Assembly: GCF_037042905.1 (NCBI RefSeq)
Contig: NC_087246.1
Coordinates: 6,512,001 to 6,576,000 of the forward strand
Source: Lytechinus pictus
Lineage: Eukaryota
Direction of reading: 5' to 3'
Length of the DNA: 64,000 bases
The notes below the pieces were generated by a model that was given only the letters and a program-made list of their open reading frames with translations, was not told where the DNA came from and ran no database searches. Shown in pieces: positions 1-13,250 of the stretch. The position numbers were made by a program, and so were the translations under genes. Numbering within the stretch: position 1 is the first letter of the stretch; every line of letters starts with the position of its first letter.

Positions 1-685
1 CATTTAAGAAAATTCACGTATTGATAGCTTGCTTTGATTGAGTAAATCTAACTCAATTAGGCAAAGATGATTTTTACTTATAAAATCATGTTGAATGTAC
101 TTATATTTTTCAATTAACGCCATATTTAAATAATGCATGAATATTCATTAGAGCAAGTAAATGTTTTTTTTTTTAAATAACTGTCATATCTATTTGTGTT
201 TGAAATTGTTTTGGATAAGGGTGTGCTAACTATTGTATTCTTTTGTTGAATCAATGAAAAGGCAATATTAAATAGTCATTTAGCAGAAAATTATTCTCAC
301 TGTTTTATTTGTAAGAATGAAACGATCGCGTATAAATATAAATGTCAGTACCTATACATGTACAGGTAAGTGACAATTCACAAAGTCTAATATTTGGATA
401 AAACATGTCTAAAATGAAAATGATGCCACCAAAAGTGGGACGATGGGGGAGCGGACTTTCGAATCACGAAAGTCCACTCCCCCATTTGATATTTTCAAAT
501 ATTTTGTTGATTGTTTTACTTAATTGAATTAAGTTATTGTAACTTAATTTTCTTGAGTAAAATGGAAGCAAAGAAAATAAGTAAATTTTACTTAAAACTG
601 CCAAAGTCATAAATACTTGAAAAAATTAAGGCAATTTTTTGCCACAATTTTATTAAGTAATTTCTACTAATTTTTTTTTACAGTG
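1..685. mobile_element. Right part of a CACTG-ended non-autonomous DNA transposon (CACTA/CMC-like), cut by the window edge
   Basis: Ends in ttttttttta-CAGTG-ta (681-687), the same terminus type as the complete element at 51101-51384. The left end is not visible. Confidence 0.35.
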
Positions 686-1433
686 TATATACACAGAAGG
701 TTACCCTCGCGCACACAACCGTTCACCTTTACGCAAACATATATTCATAAAAATAACATTTTAGCGCTACATTTTCAGCTAAGAAGAGGGCAAACGATTA
801 TGATAAGAAGCTACTGTTTTTTCTGTGAATTTAATGAAAGATTTTGAGTGTCTACGCAATCCTAGTTAACCATAAATTATGACATTAAATCCATTAATCT
901 TGACAGTTGAATCCATAGTCTTCAAAAAAATAAGAATAACAAGCTTATTCCATGTTGCTTTTTCTGATGGTAAGCCTCTTGCTTTAGGTAGATTTTTAGA
1001 TCTTCATTAGTTTTAATCATGCATAAACATAAAACCATCTTTGGGTATATAACATTTAACATCCATAGTAACAGACATAACAACCAAACAAGAGTGTCAT
1101 ATTCATAAAGTGTACCACAATTCAAAGAAACACTGTAAATATTCACGAAGTCAATGTCAACGATATCCAAGGTCTCGTACCCTGTTAGTCTCTTCTGGTT
1201 TAGACATGTAATTGAAGCTTTTGAGTGATTTGATTTGTGGTATTTACCAGGGTGACAAAATCAGTGACGCGATAAAAAGCATCGAAAACACAATATTTTC
1301 ATCAGATGATAATATCGTATATAATGTTACATTGCCTCAGGGTTGTGGTTTATGGTTAAACTAACCGCTTTAAATTGTTTCCGTCAACGATATCTGTGCC
1401 TTTCCTGATAAAAAAGCTCAAATGAGATATCTT

Positions 1434-1722
1434 CCCTACAGGAAACAACAGTGTGCCACAGAGTGTGCCACAGAGTTTTCACAGTGTGGAGCACAATGTC
1501 AAATCACCTTCACACTATTAAATTTGAGCATTTAAACCATACTCGATCATGTGAACACGCTGTGAACAGCCACACTGTCGATGTGTCCACACAGTGTGAA
1601 AATATCTTCACACTGTTGAAATCTGAGCATTTTAACAGTGTGAATAATATTTTCATACAGTCCACTGGCTATGTGAACACACTGTGGTAACACTGTTTGA
1701 CACTATTTTCTTTCCAGCATGG
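1434..1722. mobile_element. MITE with imperfect TIRs and internal cacactgtg/cacagtgtg repeats
   Basis: ccctacaggaaa...tttccagcatgg termini, with many inverted cacactg/cagtgtg motifs inside. Confidence 0.45.
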
Positions 1723-1865
1723 TTAGATGCATTTTTGACAAATTTGTCAATACCTTCCGGTAATTATCATGGTAAAAATGTTCGATTAATAGGCTATTAT
1801 TACCTTAGAGGTACTTTTTTATTGCAAAGTTAATATCAAGGGTAGATATCTTTCACAAATAAGCA

Positions 1866-2001
1866 ATGTTTGAGCGCCTATAGGCAGCCCAGCTAAAGCC
1901 GGGGTAATAATAATAGCAGGGCCCGCTGGGCATGCTGGGAGAACAGTTTTCAGAACTGAAGCGGCTTCCCTGGGTGAATAGACCTATTATATTATTATTA
2001 T
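1866..2001 (+). mobile_element. 5'-truncated copy of the SINE at 10301
   Basis: cagctaaagccggggtaataataatagcagggcccgctggg...gaactgaagcggcttccctgggt matches about 10487-10570 and ends in a (TAT)n tail. Confidence 0.8.
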
Positions 2002-2049
<48 letters not shown>

Positions 2050-2085
2050 CAGTAGTAGTAGTAGTAGTAGTAGTAATAGTAGTAA

Positions 2086-2116
<31 letters not shown>
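2002..2116. repeat. (TAG)n microsatellite continuing the SINE (TAT)n tail
   Basis: Directly visible. Confidence 0.95.
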
Positions 2117-2117
<1 letters not shown>

Positions 2118-4348
2118 TTAATGTTCCCCTCGTATCTTTATCATGTTAATGTATTGTTGAATATCGGGCCACGAAAGAGCGTTTAATCAAGAATCTACAT
2201 TTTTCATTCGGTGGTAAATACAGAAAGATCCTAATAAATGGAAATTACTTTTCAAAAGTGCTAATGCAAAGCTGAAATTTTAATGAATAATGTTTTATAA
2301 ATGAACAGTGACCATGATAACTAAATTATTACAGATGTTTATTGGAGTGATGCGTCTCAGGGGCGGTCCCAGGTTATTTGGATAAGGGGACAAGGCGACC
2401 TAAGTGACGTCAGACGTCTTTTTTTCTCAACTGAATCACAGGGGTAATATATATAAAAAGATACACGACCTATACCTTTCAATTTGACATTCTTCTTCTT
2501 ACTTGGTGTCCCGATTTTATTTATCATTATCTTGTTCCTTATCTTTTCATATAATGCTCGAAAAAATGCTGATAGCCCCCCCCCCCCCCCCCCCCCCACT
2601 CCAGCAACGCTTACCCCGGTGCGTCTGAAAGGTTGTCCGCATCTGATGATAAGTCAACTTAGTTAGTTGACATTTTTAGGAGGTTTATTATAATTTGACG
2701 AAATGATTGCTTTGGAGCATTTTATTTTCATGAAAGATAAATTATCCTTTTTTTTATTACAGTCTTTAAGAAATTCAACGACCCTTATAATTTATTTTGC
2801 CTCGTATTCAAGCAGAATACTCCCAAAAACAATTTTTCCTTTCTTGTTACCAACATCCTTCAAATGATACGTCACGAACAAAACACGTTTACAAAAACTC
2901 GGTCATATTTTTCTTAGCTTCCAGTCCGTTTTACTAAGGGAATGAAAGAAATGTATTTCCCTGTATTGTACTTATCAAGGAACCGGGGTGCAAATCAAGT
3001 GAAGCGAATAAAGGCAAAGTCTGACTCCCTTTTGTTGAAATGCGAACTCAAGAGACATTTTCCCACGCAAGACTATTGTATATTTATGAAAAAGAGGGCT
3101 TGTTCTATGAATGCACTACCTGAGTGACTGGTAGTTACGGGAAGTTATGGTTCTGCGGACCCCCCCCCAAAAAAAAAAAAAAAAAATTAAAAGAAATAAC
3201 ACGCACACACACCCTCACCCACCCATATATAGTGAATGCATTTTTATTATTTTTGCTCATATTGACTTCTTTAAACATTTACTCTAATACCCTGAGAGGA
3301 TGTTTAATTTTTAATAAACTATCAAACTCCCAATATTTCAGTTTAGTGTGCTGTAGAGAGAAACTAGATCAATGATCAAATACCCTTTTTATTCTTGTGG
3401 TCCTATTCAATTTTTAGAATACTTTATATTCTAAACGACAATTCTTATCTTGATAGTTATTTATGTTTCTTATCAGTGAATTGTATGCTTTACTTTTACG
3501 TGAACCACTACATGTATGATACACTGTATGTTAAGATAAAGATATCAAAATATACACACATGATATAATTGGCAACATACCCACTGTGTTGTGTAATGTA
3601 TGATGGCGAAATATATATATATATTCTGGGCAATTTTTATCCAATTGAGCAAATTTATTATCCAATTATTAGTTTTTATTAACCAATTTGACAGATTTTA
3701 ACCAATAGTTGTGTGGACAGTATGGTTCAAAGTGATGTTTAAAAATTGGGCCTTTTTTGCCCAAACTCTTTAAGAGTGTAAACATGATGAGTTACCATTG
3801 TTTTGCTGCTTTGGTGTAATTGATATCTTAAAAAGCTAATCATTTAAAATTTCATGACGGAAAAAGTATACATATCCTCATTGGTCGTAAATAGCGGTAA
3901 TAGTTATTATCATCTTATTTCATTTATCTGTTTAATTCACTTATTATAGGAAGGTGAGAAAGAGCTAAATGTTGATTGAGTTATAATGCATTCAAGATAA
4001 ATCCATTACATGTATTATGGTTATCATCATAATTGTACATACGGAAGGACAACATTATTGAGGAAATTAAAAAAAATCATCTATTGAATTTCGTTATTTC
4101 ACACAATAAAATCAATAAAACAAATCTAAACCGAATCTAATAATTAGTTGTTGCCTCTCTGGATATGAGTGGATTTCCTTGAATACATTGTCTTGATTTT
4201 GTTTAACCGAGTCAAGTGATTAGTCCAATTCCTCATATCGAATTACAAAACTAATCCTTGCCCATGCATGCCTTGCATGTTAAAGAATTACAGGCTCATC
4301 ACTGCAAGGTCAAGAAAAGAGTTTTCATCATTTTTATTTTCAACCGAC

Positions 4349-4406
4349 ATGCAGGCGGGCTCATATAGTCTAGCTGAAAATAAACAATCTGCACATAACA
4401 ACAGAG
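4349..4406 (+). other. 3' part of a putative 5' exon of the CD225 gene, containing an upstream ATG (4349)
   Basis: Strong donor AGAG|gtaagt at 4406/4407 and an ATG in context ccgacATGc. The transcription start is not definable. Confidence 0.5.
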
Positions 4407-5488
4407 GTAAGTATGAATTTCACATTTCTTTTTTGATCAATTTAGTTTTTATTTTGTTTTTAAAATAAACATTAGATTGGAAAGAAGGAACTTAAACAAT
4501 TTTAAAAGAGCGTGGTAGAGAATTGGAAATTCATTTGATGTTTCCAGACTAGGAGGTGGCTGTAAAGGGGTACTCAGTGATAAAAATAATTAACAGAGTG
4601 TAGCTAAACAAGCATAACATTGAAAAACAAATATTCTCAAATTACTTTAAATTTGCCGTGTTGCTTTTTCTTGAATAAATCGCTTGATTGATGCATCCGA
4701 GAAAGTTCCATTGTAGCCTGTTATTTTTTAACAGTTAAAGTTTTAAGTTTATCAATGAACAGCTGAAATATATATATTTTTATGTAAAATCGAATAATCA
4801 TATTAAATGACCTTTAAAGATCAAAGTCATCAATCTGGATTGTTTTTATAAGCACTATACAAGTAAAACTTTTTACATGTTTGTAGATATATCATATTCA
4901 TATAAGCTATAATCGCGCATGACAACTATATTTCGAATTTATTTCATTTTTTAATTCCTGCTTATCAAATATTAGTATCTAATACTTTGCACATTAAACC
5001 CGAATTACTACATCAATCTGTTTGTCATGAATTGGGGGATTTGCATTCCTAAAATTAATGTGAATCGAATCATTCTAAGATATTACGTGCAAACATGAAG
5101 TGCATGTGAAGTATCAATATTTGAAGAATGACAAGATCAATACAAGGCCTTATCCCAACAGTAATTTGGTGCTTATACCATGAAACATCACACCAAAACG
5201 ATTAGGAGTTGCATTATATTACATGGTGAGTTATTGATAAGCCATATTAATTCACTCTTCAACTGATCCTTGGGATTATAATCATGTTATTATTAACTTA
5301 ATAGTTCTAATATATTCGGTGTCTGAATGTACAAGCATTATTACTGATGCAATATGATATATCTATGTATGTATTAGTTTTGATCAACCCGAAAGCTTGC
5401 AAGAGTTTGGTTTGGATTATAACAAGGTAATGTGCAAAACCGAATACAGGTTTTGTCCTTAATTCGGATTTAGAGTTAAGGTTATTAA

Positions 5489-5760
5489 AGGAATAATCCG
5501 GGCAGAAAGTATTTATAGCTTAATAAATAGAGTAGAATTCACTGAGCAAAATGCCGAAAATTTCATCAAAATCGGATAACAAATAAAGTTATTGAATTTT
5601 AAAGTTTAGCAATATTTTGTGAAAACAGTCGTCATGAATATTCATTAGGTGGGCTGATGATGTCACATCCCCACTTGTTCTTTTGTATTTTATTATATGA
5701 AATTAGGTTTATTAAAAATTTTACCTCCAAGAACTAGAAAAATTGAATTGAAAACATGAA
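5489..5760 (+). mobile_element. Truncated Kolobok-like MITE (left half)
   Basis: TTAA|AGG start. Shares gaaaatttcatcaaaatcgga...tgatgatgtca...cttttgtattttattatatgaaat with 41106-41695. Confidence 0.55.
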
Positions 5761-7541
5761 AAAAGGACCAAATGTCATAATGGATGTACATTCGCCAATG
5801 TCTTATTGTTCCTGCCAATACTATCTCATGTCGTTACACGTTTCTTTACTTTGATCTCATAAAGTCCAACGCCCCTGAGTAGAATCTAATGGTGATTTTA
5901 TAATGTTATTGTAAATGTGCAGAAGATAATAGATCGCTTAAATCATGGGAAATCTTTGTGCCGTTGTGGTTTTAACCAACATTTGTTTCATTTTGAAATA
6001 CCTATTGATGTTCAGATAAATTTTACAGTTTGATGACTAGTTCGTGAATTTGAAATATATTTTTTCTTCTCATTTCCTCAAGAATTTTCTGGGGCTACAA
6101 CGCGGGGGAGGGGGGTCATATAGATCAAGGATTTGTAATAGTTTTAGTGTAAATGTTTTATTTCATATTAGGGAAATCCTCTTTTTATCAACTTTTCTGC
6201 TCCCCAGCAGTGCATTTCATGTTGCTATTTTAGACATCCTCTCAAAAACCACTACTAGTATGTAGGAGGAAATTGCTACTTTGTCCCAAACTTTGTATAT
6301 AGTTGACATTGTTAAAATGTTCGAATATTTTTCATTATAATAATAATGCTGCAGATCTTATTCGATCAAATGTTGAACGACGTTAGGTTTCCATCCGTAA
6401 TAATCTTATGGCAAATATAAAAACGTATAATCTCAGACACTGAACACTCAAATATGCCACTATAAGAACGATAGAGGGCGATATTATATTCTAACCACAA
6501 TTAAATATTAATCTGGGCTGTTATTTGATGGTGTATGTCAATTCTTTTTGCTCTAGTCTTGCTCTTTTTTTTATTGCCTTTTTCTGACTAACGTGGTCTG
6601 GACAAAGGTTGAATCATGCAGGCAATTCAAAATTTACAATATGATTATTAATTATATAATAGATGTTATTTTTTCTGAGAGCATCGGTCTATATTTAAGA
6701 ATTTTTATCGTAGGGGTCTATACTGTTCAAAGAAAGTCTATGGTAGTTTTTTCGGGTAAACCGTAATTTTTCTGGCCTAATTTTACCCTGAAAGTAGGGT
6801 AAAATTTACGGAAGATCCTAATTAACGGTGAAATAAGTGTAGAGGCCCCCAGTATTAAGGTAAAAAGTGGCGCAGCACGTCAAAATAAAAATAGATAAAA
6901 TTCCTTGCCACTTGCTGCGCGACTATCCACCGTAAATTTTTACGGTGTTTGGTAAAAAAAAAATTGGGTGCTCTTATACCCATTTTACCGTTAATTTTAC
7001 CGCACAAAAATTTTCCCAATACAGTTTACAGAATAAACTGATGTAAATTTTTCTCATTTATCCAGTTTTGTTCAATATGAGAAATTATATATTTTTTTAA
7101 ATGGGAATCAACTCATTTGTTGCCACTTTTCGCCAATTATCAATTGACTTCTTCGGGCGAATGACGATCCCGATGAAAGTTTACAGGAGTTTTGTGGGAT
7201 GTATTTACGAGTATATTTTTAAACATAATGATTCAGAACTCCCTTTCAACACATAAACGCAGTAAAGTTAACGACTCCACAACTGATTATTTGGTAATTC
7301 AACATGATTATGGAAATAAAGAGAATTCGTCGAAAAATATTTTTTATATATGGCATATCTTACTTACATTGTGATATACAAAAAAAAACATGTTGGGGGG
7401 ATGTTTCTTGATATTCAAACTTCGAATGAAATGGGAGCCTTTCTGTTTTTTCACCCCAAGGTTTTTTTGAAAGAAGAGAACTGTGGCGTCGAAGAAGATA
7501 TATGAACTGGTGAGGGTACTTAAGCGGAATGCTTTAAAAGG

Positions 7542-7613
7542 ATGAAAGAGAAACCAGACGAAATTGAGTTGTCTCAAATCATCATCATCGCTGAGCATGA
7601 TAATCAACAACAT
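7542..7613 (+). CDS. CD225/dispanin family membrane protein, coding exon 1 (MKEKPDEIELSQIIIIAEHDNQQH)
   Basis: Acceptor ttctgttttttcaccccaag| at 7460/7461, ATG at 7542 and a phase-0 donor CAT|gtaaga at 7613 that fits the phase-0 acceptor at 8316. Confidence 0.7.
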
Positions 7614-8256
7614 GTAAGATTCGGTATCTGCGGTATAAATGTGCAAAACCAGAAACAATTGGCAAGGTTGATGTAATAAAGTACAAGTGGGGTGTTTTCT
7701 TATCATGGTGAATTATCAACTCACATGGGATCCATTCTTTATTATTATTGATTCTTGTCTTCAAAGGGGAGAAAGGAAATATTCACTAAGGAGACTGTAA
7801 AAACAGTGATGTGAAGAGGAGAAAGCATTAGCCCCCCCCCCCCCCCCCCCCGCCTCCACAAAATGATAAAAATGGGACTCTCTTACGAATAAAAGATGTT
7901 TTATGTTCTCTTTGAAAAACAGACATTGAATAATCATTGGTCGATATATCTTTTCAACTATACTATTCAACCAATAATCCATATATTCCCGGATGAATTT
8001 TATGTAAATTCCTTGACCTACATATCCCACAATGCTTGCAAAGTTGAATAGAGATAACCCTTTATCGTGTACTGATTTTATCTTAAACTACCTTTTTTGT
8101 GCATTTACAACTGAATGAATTTTTATGTGAATCAATGTAATGCCATTTTTAATTCAGCCATGGCTGCAAGAAATGTTATGAAATATCAATAAAGACCATT
8201 ATTATGAAATTTGCATGTTCTCTTTCATCTCCCCCCGCCCTCTTTATCAATCTACT

Positions 8257-8287
<31 letters not shown>

Positions 8288-8315
8288 ATATTTCATCTAT
8301 ATTTCTCTCTGTCAG

Positions 8316-8465
8316 GTATCCAATGAGCTTGTCACCGAACATGATATTTTACTATATGGAAAGCCAAACGAGATAGAACAACCTGATTATTTTTACTTGG
8401 CTCTCTTCGCCTGCTTGTGTTGCTTTTTCCCGGTTGGTATTTGCGCCCTAACAAAGTCCATTCAG
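8316..8465 (+). CDS. CD225/dispanin (IFITM/PRRT/SynDIG-like) protein, coding exon 2
   Basis: tttctctctgtcag| acceptor and CAG|gtaggc donor. Encodes PDYFYLALFACLCCFFPVGICALTKS, the CD225 signature with a palmitoylation-type CC motif. Confidence 0.9.
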
Positions 8466-8805
8466 GTAGGCCTATATATTCCCTTTAATGTATTTGTAAT
8501 CAGCGATATTGATTATTGGAATAGATTATTTTATGCGTCATGTGATGCATTGATCAAAGAATCATTAAAACACGGTCTCAATTTCATGTCGCAATTTATA
8601 TTGGTTAAAAGTGACAGATAGATTGAAAACATACCCTAACCTCAACTTCTTAAAATTGCATTCAATGTCAGCATACAATGGCCCCTGTATGCTTAAAGCA
8701 GCTTCCTAATGAGTATCAACCGATTGGGCAACTACGTTGAGGTTCCAAAGAGAATTTCAATATGCAGTCCCTCATCTATGGTACAAACTTCCTGATAATA
8801 TGCAA

Positions 8806-9364
8806 AGGACAAGTCTATCTCAACAAACGGTTGATTTGAATTAAAATAGAAAAATCCAACAAGCATAATATCAAAAATTTCATCAAAATCGGATGTAAAA
8901 TAAGAAAGTTATGACATTTTTTATTTTCACAAAACAGTTATATGCACATCCTGGTTGTTATGCAAATTTGGGAACTGATGACATCCCTCACTCACTATTT
9001 CTAAATTTTATCCTCATTGTCCTGTTAAACAAAGTTTTATTTCTCCCTGAACATGTGGTATTACCTTTGTTATAACATTGTATGGCTCCGTTTAATTTTG
9101 GTTCTTAATGTCAAATTAGTAAAACCTGAAATATTGTATAATTCAAACAATAAAATAAAATAAATAGTGAGTGATGGACATCATCGACTCTCTCATTTCA
9201 ATGTCGCTGAGTTGTGCATGTGACTATTTGTGAAAAATAAGCAAAACTTTAAAATGTCATAACTTTCTTATTTTACATCCGATTCAGATGACATTTTCGG
9301 CATTATGCTTGTTTGATTTTTCTCTCTTGATTCAAATTAACATTTTATGGGGTGGACTTGACCT
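8806..9364. mobile_element. Kolobok-like non-autonomous DNA transposon in a CD225 intron
   Basis: Long TIRs aggacaagtct.../...ggacttgacct followed by TTAA. Homologous to 41106-41695. Confidence 0.8.
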
Positions 9365-9680
9365 TTAAGATTTTATTTTCTTGATCTATTCAATAAAGCC
9401 TAAATATAAGTCTTACGTTTTCCAAATATGAATCCAGACACTTTGAGGGTAGTCTCAATAGGTCTTGAATTTTTAGAATGTTATTTTTCATTTTATGATT
9501 GTTTCGTTGTTTTTCTTCTTATTATTTTACCATTTTCCCATTTCAAAGTGCTAAAAGGCTTTTATTGTTATTTGCGCTATATGAATCTGAATATTATAAT
9601 CATTATTTCAATATTTTGAATGATGTACTTTGACGCTTCTTTTTTATTCTTTTTTTATGTTTTTTGTATTTCCTTTAAAG

Positions 9681-9839
9681 GTAAGGAGGTACATGTCATC
9701 TGGGCAGACATTGAATGCAGTACTCGCCTCTCATGATGCTCGTTATTATACATCCGTCGCTATTGGGGTTGGTTCAGCCTTTCTTTTGACTTCCGTCTGT
9801 GTATTTATCGTAATATATGCGGCATTCCGTACGTTATGA
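9681..9839 (+). CDS. CD225/dispanin protein, terminal exon (full protein 126 aa)
   Basis: Polypyrimidine tract plus aag| acceptor. VRRYMSSGQTLNAVLASHDARYYTSVAIGVG... gives the CD225 conserved loop and second hydrophobic segment. TGA stop, AATAAA near 9887. Confidence 0.9.
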   Translation, partial: VRRYMSSGQTLNAVLASHDARYYTSVAIGVGSAFLLTSVCVFIVIYAAFRTL

Positions 9840-9984
9840 AAATAACTGTACTTAAACGAGTCATATGTGTGGTCATCCATGATAATAATAAAAATAATAA
9901 TAACAATAACACTGATAAAGGAAAATATTGAAGAGGATGCACAGCCCAAAAAAATGTACCAAACATAACTATAATATCTATGAT

Positions 9985-12325
9985 AATACGAGCGCGAATC
10001 GCGTGCTGTTTTTTTTTCGGATTGAGACCCACAAAGCAGGAAAATTTTGAACGCTTTTTTGTTATCATAAACGGGACACCTTTCTGACAATTAAATATTG
10101 CGAACGCGAAGCGCGAACTTGAAATTGTTTAATATTCATAAATGAAAAGGGACATTTAATGACTGTTTGTAGGAATTCATGAAAAAACAAGCCTAAGTAT
10201 CTCTTTAATCAAATATTTTGAGCGGGAAGCGCAAGCTTAAAAATTGTGATATTCAGAAACGAAACATTTTTTTAAAAAGTAATTAATGAAGAGCATAAAT
10301 AGAGCGTTGTGGCCCAGTGGATTAGTCTTCTGACTTTTAAACAGAGGGTCGTGGGTTCGAATCCCAACCATGGCGTAATTTCCTTCAGCAAGAAACTCGT
10401 CCACATTGTGCTGCACTCAACCCAGGTGAGGTGAATGGGTACCCGGTAGGAAGATATTCCTTGAATGCTTGAGCACCTAGGCAACTCAGCTAAAGTCGGG
10501 GTAATAATAATAGCAGGGCCCGCTGGGAGAACAATTTTTAGAACTGAAAAGGCTTCCCTGGGTAAATATACCTATATTATTATTGTTGTTATCATCATTA
10601 ATATTATTATTATTATTATTATTATTACATGAACGCATCTCACCATTAAACCAAGGTGAGCGAGAAGCAGGGCCGATCTTTTTGTATACATATACATCTA
10701 TCCAGACCTACAAGCAGAAACTTTAAGCCCCTTTGTTAGTCATAAAAACTATGTATATGTCACTAAAAAAAATAATGTATTTATTCATTTATTCATTTAT
10801 ATTTATTTATAAGTTTTTTTTAGTAGGGTGGCTCCATTAGTAATTGGTATACTGTTGTCCTTGGAGGCCCTACAACAAAAATACGAACGTAATAAACATG
10901 GGTATAAAAAGTGTACCGTTAGTTAAGACAAACAGACTGTGAAGAAGAGAACAAAACAAAGGGTCAGTTTATAAATTAAGGCTATTATAACGCGAAAGTG
11001 AAAGACAAAAACTGGACTGGAGACTGTCGGAAAAATAATAAACTGTCGGGCACACGGGGCTGTTCCAACTGATTCGGTTTTTTAGTTCCACCATCTTTGT
11101 CGGTAAATGTCAATTGAACTGTACACTTTTATCGGTAAATTGTGAATTTTACGCAATGCGACTTTTAGAGCTTTCTGTACCGATCATGAGTAAGGACTGG
11201 GCTGGCAGGGGACAGGAAAAAGGTACAGAACAACTTTTAGGTAATGTAATTAAAACAATAAAAATTTCGCTCGCGTTAAGCACTCGCATCAATTTATTAG
11301 TTGGATACCTGAAATAAATGTCTAGTTTTTAGGTTAAAATATTAAAAAAATTCAGCTCGCTCTACGCGCTCGCATCAATTAATTATTCAGTTAGAAACCA
11401 ATTTGTTCATGCTACTAAAAGTGCTTAGAATATCAAGTTTTAAGTCGGAATATCAAACTTTTAGCTCGCGATTCGCGCCCGCACGACTATTCAGATACCC
11501 ATCCTGTAAAACTGCTTAGAATGTCTAGTGTCCAGTTAGGAATATCAATTTTTTTTGCTCGCACTTCGCGCCCGCATAATTTATTTAGGAAGATACCAAT
11601 CGTATTAATGAATAAGTGCACAAAATGTATCGTTTTAGGTCTAATTTTTAAGAAAAATAGCTCGCGCTTCGCGCTCGCAATTATTATATTTATATTATTA
11701 TTTTTAACTGATTTTAATGTCAAATACCTTTTTTATAACGTCTCCAAATCAGCAGAATTGGGAATATAATGTAAACACCTTCAGGGAGGAATAAAAGAAG
11801 TATATTAATATAAACATTGCAATTACCACTTGATTAGAAAAATATCGATCACGATCCAATGCATTTCCTTTCCTGGAATGAAATACAAAAAAAAAAATTG
11901 ACAATAAAGTGTAATCGCCCGATAGCAAATATCAGTAGTAGCAAGATCCCAACTGTTTTACTGGGCACCCCCTGGGTAACATTTCCCACCTTCAGTGCCA
12001 CTGCCAGACCTACACATCCAAACGTGTATGGGGGGTGGGCTGCAAAATGCAGGGCAACGAGGACTGCGAGGTGCCCAAATATCCTCGTGTATTGGTAATT
12101 TTATGACCGAATGTATAAGTTCTGCACGTTTCACATCATGTAAAAAGGCTAAATAATAATTGAAAAAGAAATTAAAAACTGTGAAGTTGATATTTGGGCA
12201 ATGATTATCAGACCTCTTGAAAAAAATATGCCTATATACGTCCATGCCTACTACCCTCCTACCACCTTGCTCATTCTTGTCGCTTGCCCCCCCCCCCCCC
12301 CCCGACGAAATATGCCACGCCACTG
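9985..12325. mobile_element. Degenerate fold-back DNA element with gcgcgaagcgcgagc subrepeats, interrupted by later insertions
   Basis: cgcgaagcgcg-type motifs at about 9990-10235 and the reverse complement gctcgcgcttcgcgctcgca at about 11268-11680. Ends ...cacgccactg at 12325. Boundaries are approximate. Confidence 0.45.
10301..10628 (+). mobile_element. tRNA-derived SINE (SINE2), near full length
   Basis: A box TGGCCCAGTGG, B box GGTTCGAATCC and a tRNA-Lys-like CTTTTAA loop, followed by a non-tRNA body and a (TAT)n tail. A second partial copy lies at 1866. Confidence 0.85.
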
Positions 12326-12724
12326 AGTATGGTACGGTATTCATCGCAGCGCTGTACTAGCTGCCAGCGCTAGTTAAAGTTAGTACCTATACTACTAACG
12401 TATACTTTAGTTTTCTACTGGAAGTTGAATTGCCAAGATGTCAAATGCACGAAGCCATATCGTAATTTTGTTACTACGCCCTCTCTCACCCTCTCATTAA
12501 CAGTTGGTTTGACGTGCCGTACTTTATTTCTGAGCTCTACAGAATTTCTGTGCTCTACAGAATTTGTGTGTTCTCTATTTTTGACGAGCTAGCGCTATTC
12601 GCAATGGACTATAATTCAGTCGTTTTGTTTAATTTTGCGGTTGTCTGTATTTCTGAATTTGCCTCTATTTCTGTTGTTGTTTATGTTTCTGAAGTTTTCT
12701 TTAGTTCTGAGGTTGTCTATATTT

Positions 12725-13150
12725 ATAATAATAATAATGGTTATTTATATGCGCTATACACACAAAAAGTATCACAGCGCTTACAATTGTCAAAAATAAA
12801 ATATAAATATAAATCTTAAAGGTATTGTTTAACTTTGTGAGCAGCCGATTTAAAAAATTCTCAAACCAAGATGAAACATGTGTACAAGTGCATGTATTAG
12901 AACTAGATATTTGGAAAAAGATATGACTTGAGTTGTCGTTTGAAAGATGATATGGTCGGTGTTGTTCGGATGGTAGAGGGGAGTGTATTCCAAAGTCTGG
13001 ATCCAGCTATACTAAAACGTTTTTCTGCTATGGAGAGGTCTGTTCTCGGAATAACAAGTTTGGTGGTATCATTCAGGGAACGTAGATTACAAGCAGGTGT
13101 GTAATGAGCAACTATGTTTACAAGATATGAAGGACCAGTACTGTTAACCA
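12725..13150 (-). mobile_element. L2-clade LINE 3' fragment (RT C-terminus plus 3' tail)
   Basis: Translation GPSYL...NLRS...LVIPRT...RFSIAGSRLWNTLPSTIR...SFKRQLKSYLF. The minus-strand tail gtaagcgctgtga...tatagcgcatataaataaccattattattat is L2-like. A TTAA|AGG fragment is inserted at about 12820-12904. Confidence 0.8.
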
Positions 13151-13250
13151 ATTTATGAGGTTGTCTTTATTTCTCTGACGGCTGCCTATATTTCTGAAAA
13201 TGTCTTTATTTCTCAAACTGTTAATTTTGGCACTTTTGGCCGCCCATACT

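Noticed and set aside
4349..8316. ATG 4349 as the CD225 start spliced directly to 8316
   Set aside because: The donor is phase 1 and the acceptor phase 0. The 7542-7613 exon gives a phase-consistent model.
8211..8621. 136-aa single-exon ORF as listed in the track
   Set aside because: It has a non-ATG start and runs through intron sequence. Only 8316-8465 is a splice-bounded exon.
10301..10375. tRNA-Lys-like gene
   Set aside because: The anticodon and acceptor stems are imperfect. It continues into a repeat body and tail that also occur at 1866, so it is a SINE head.
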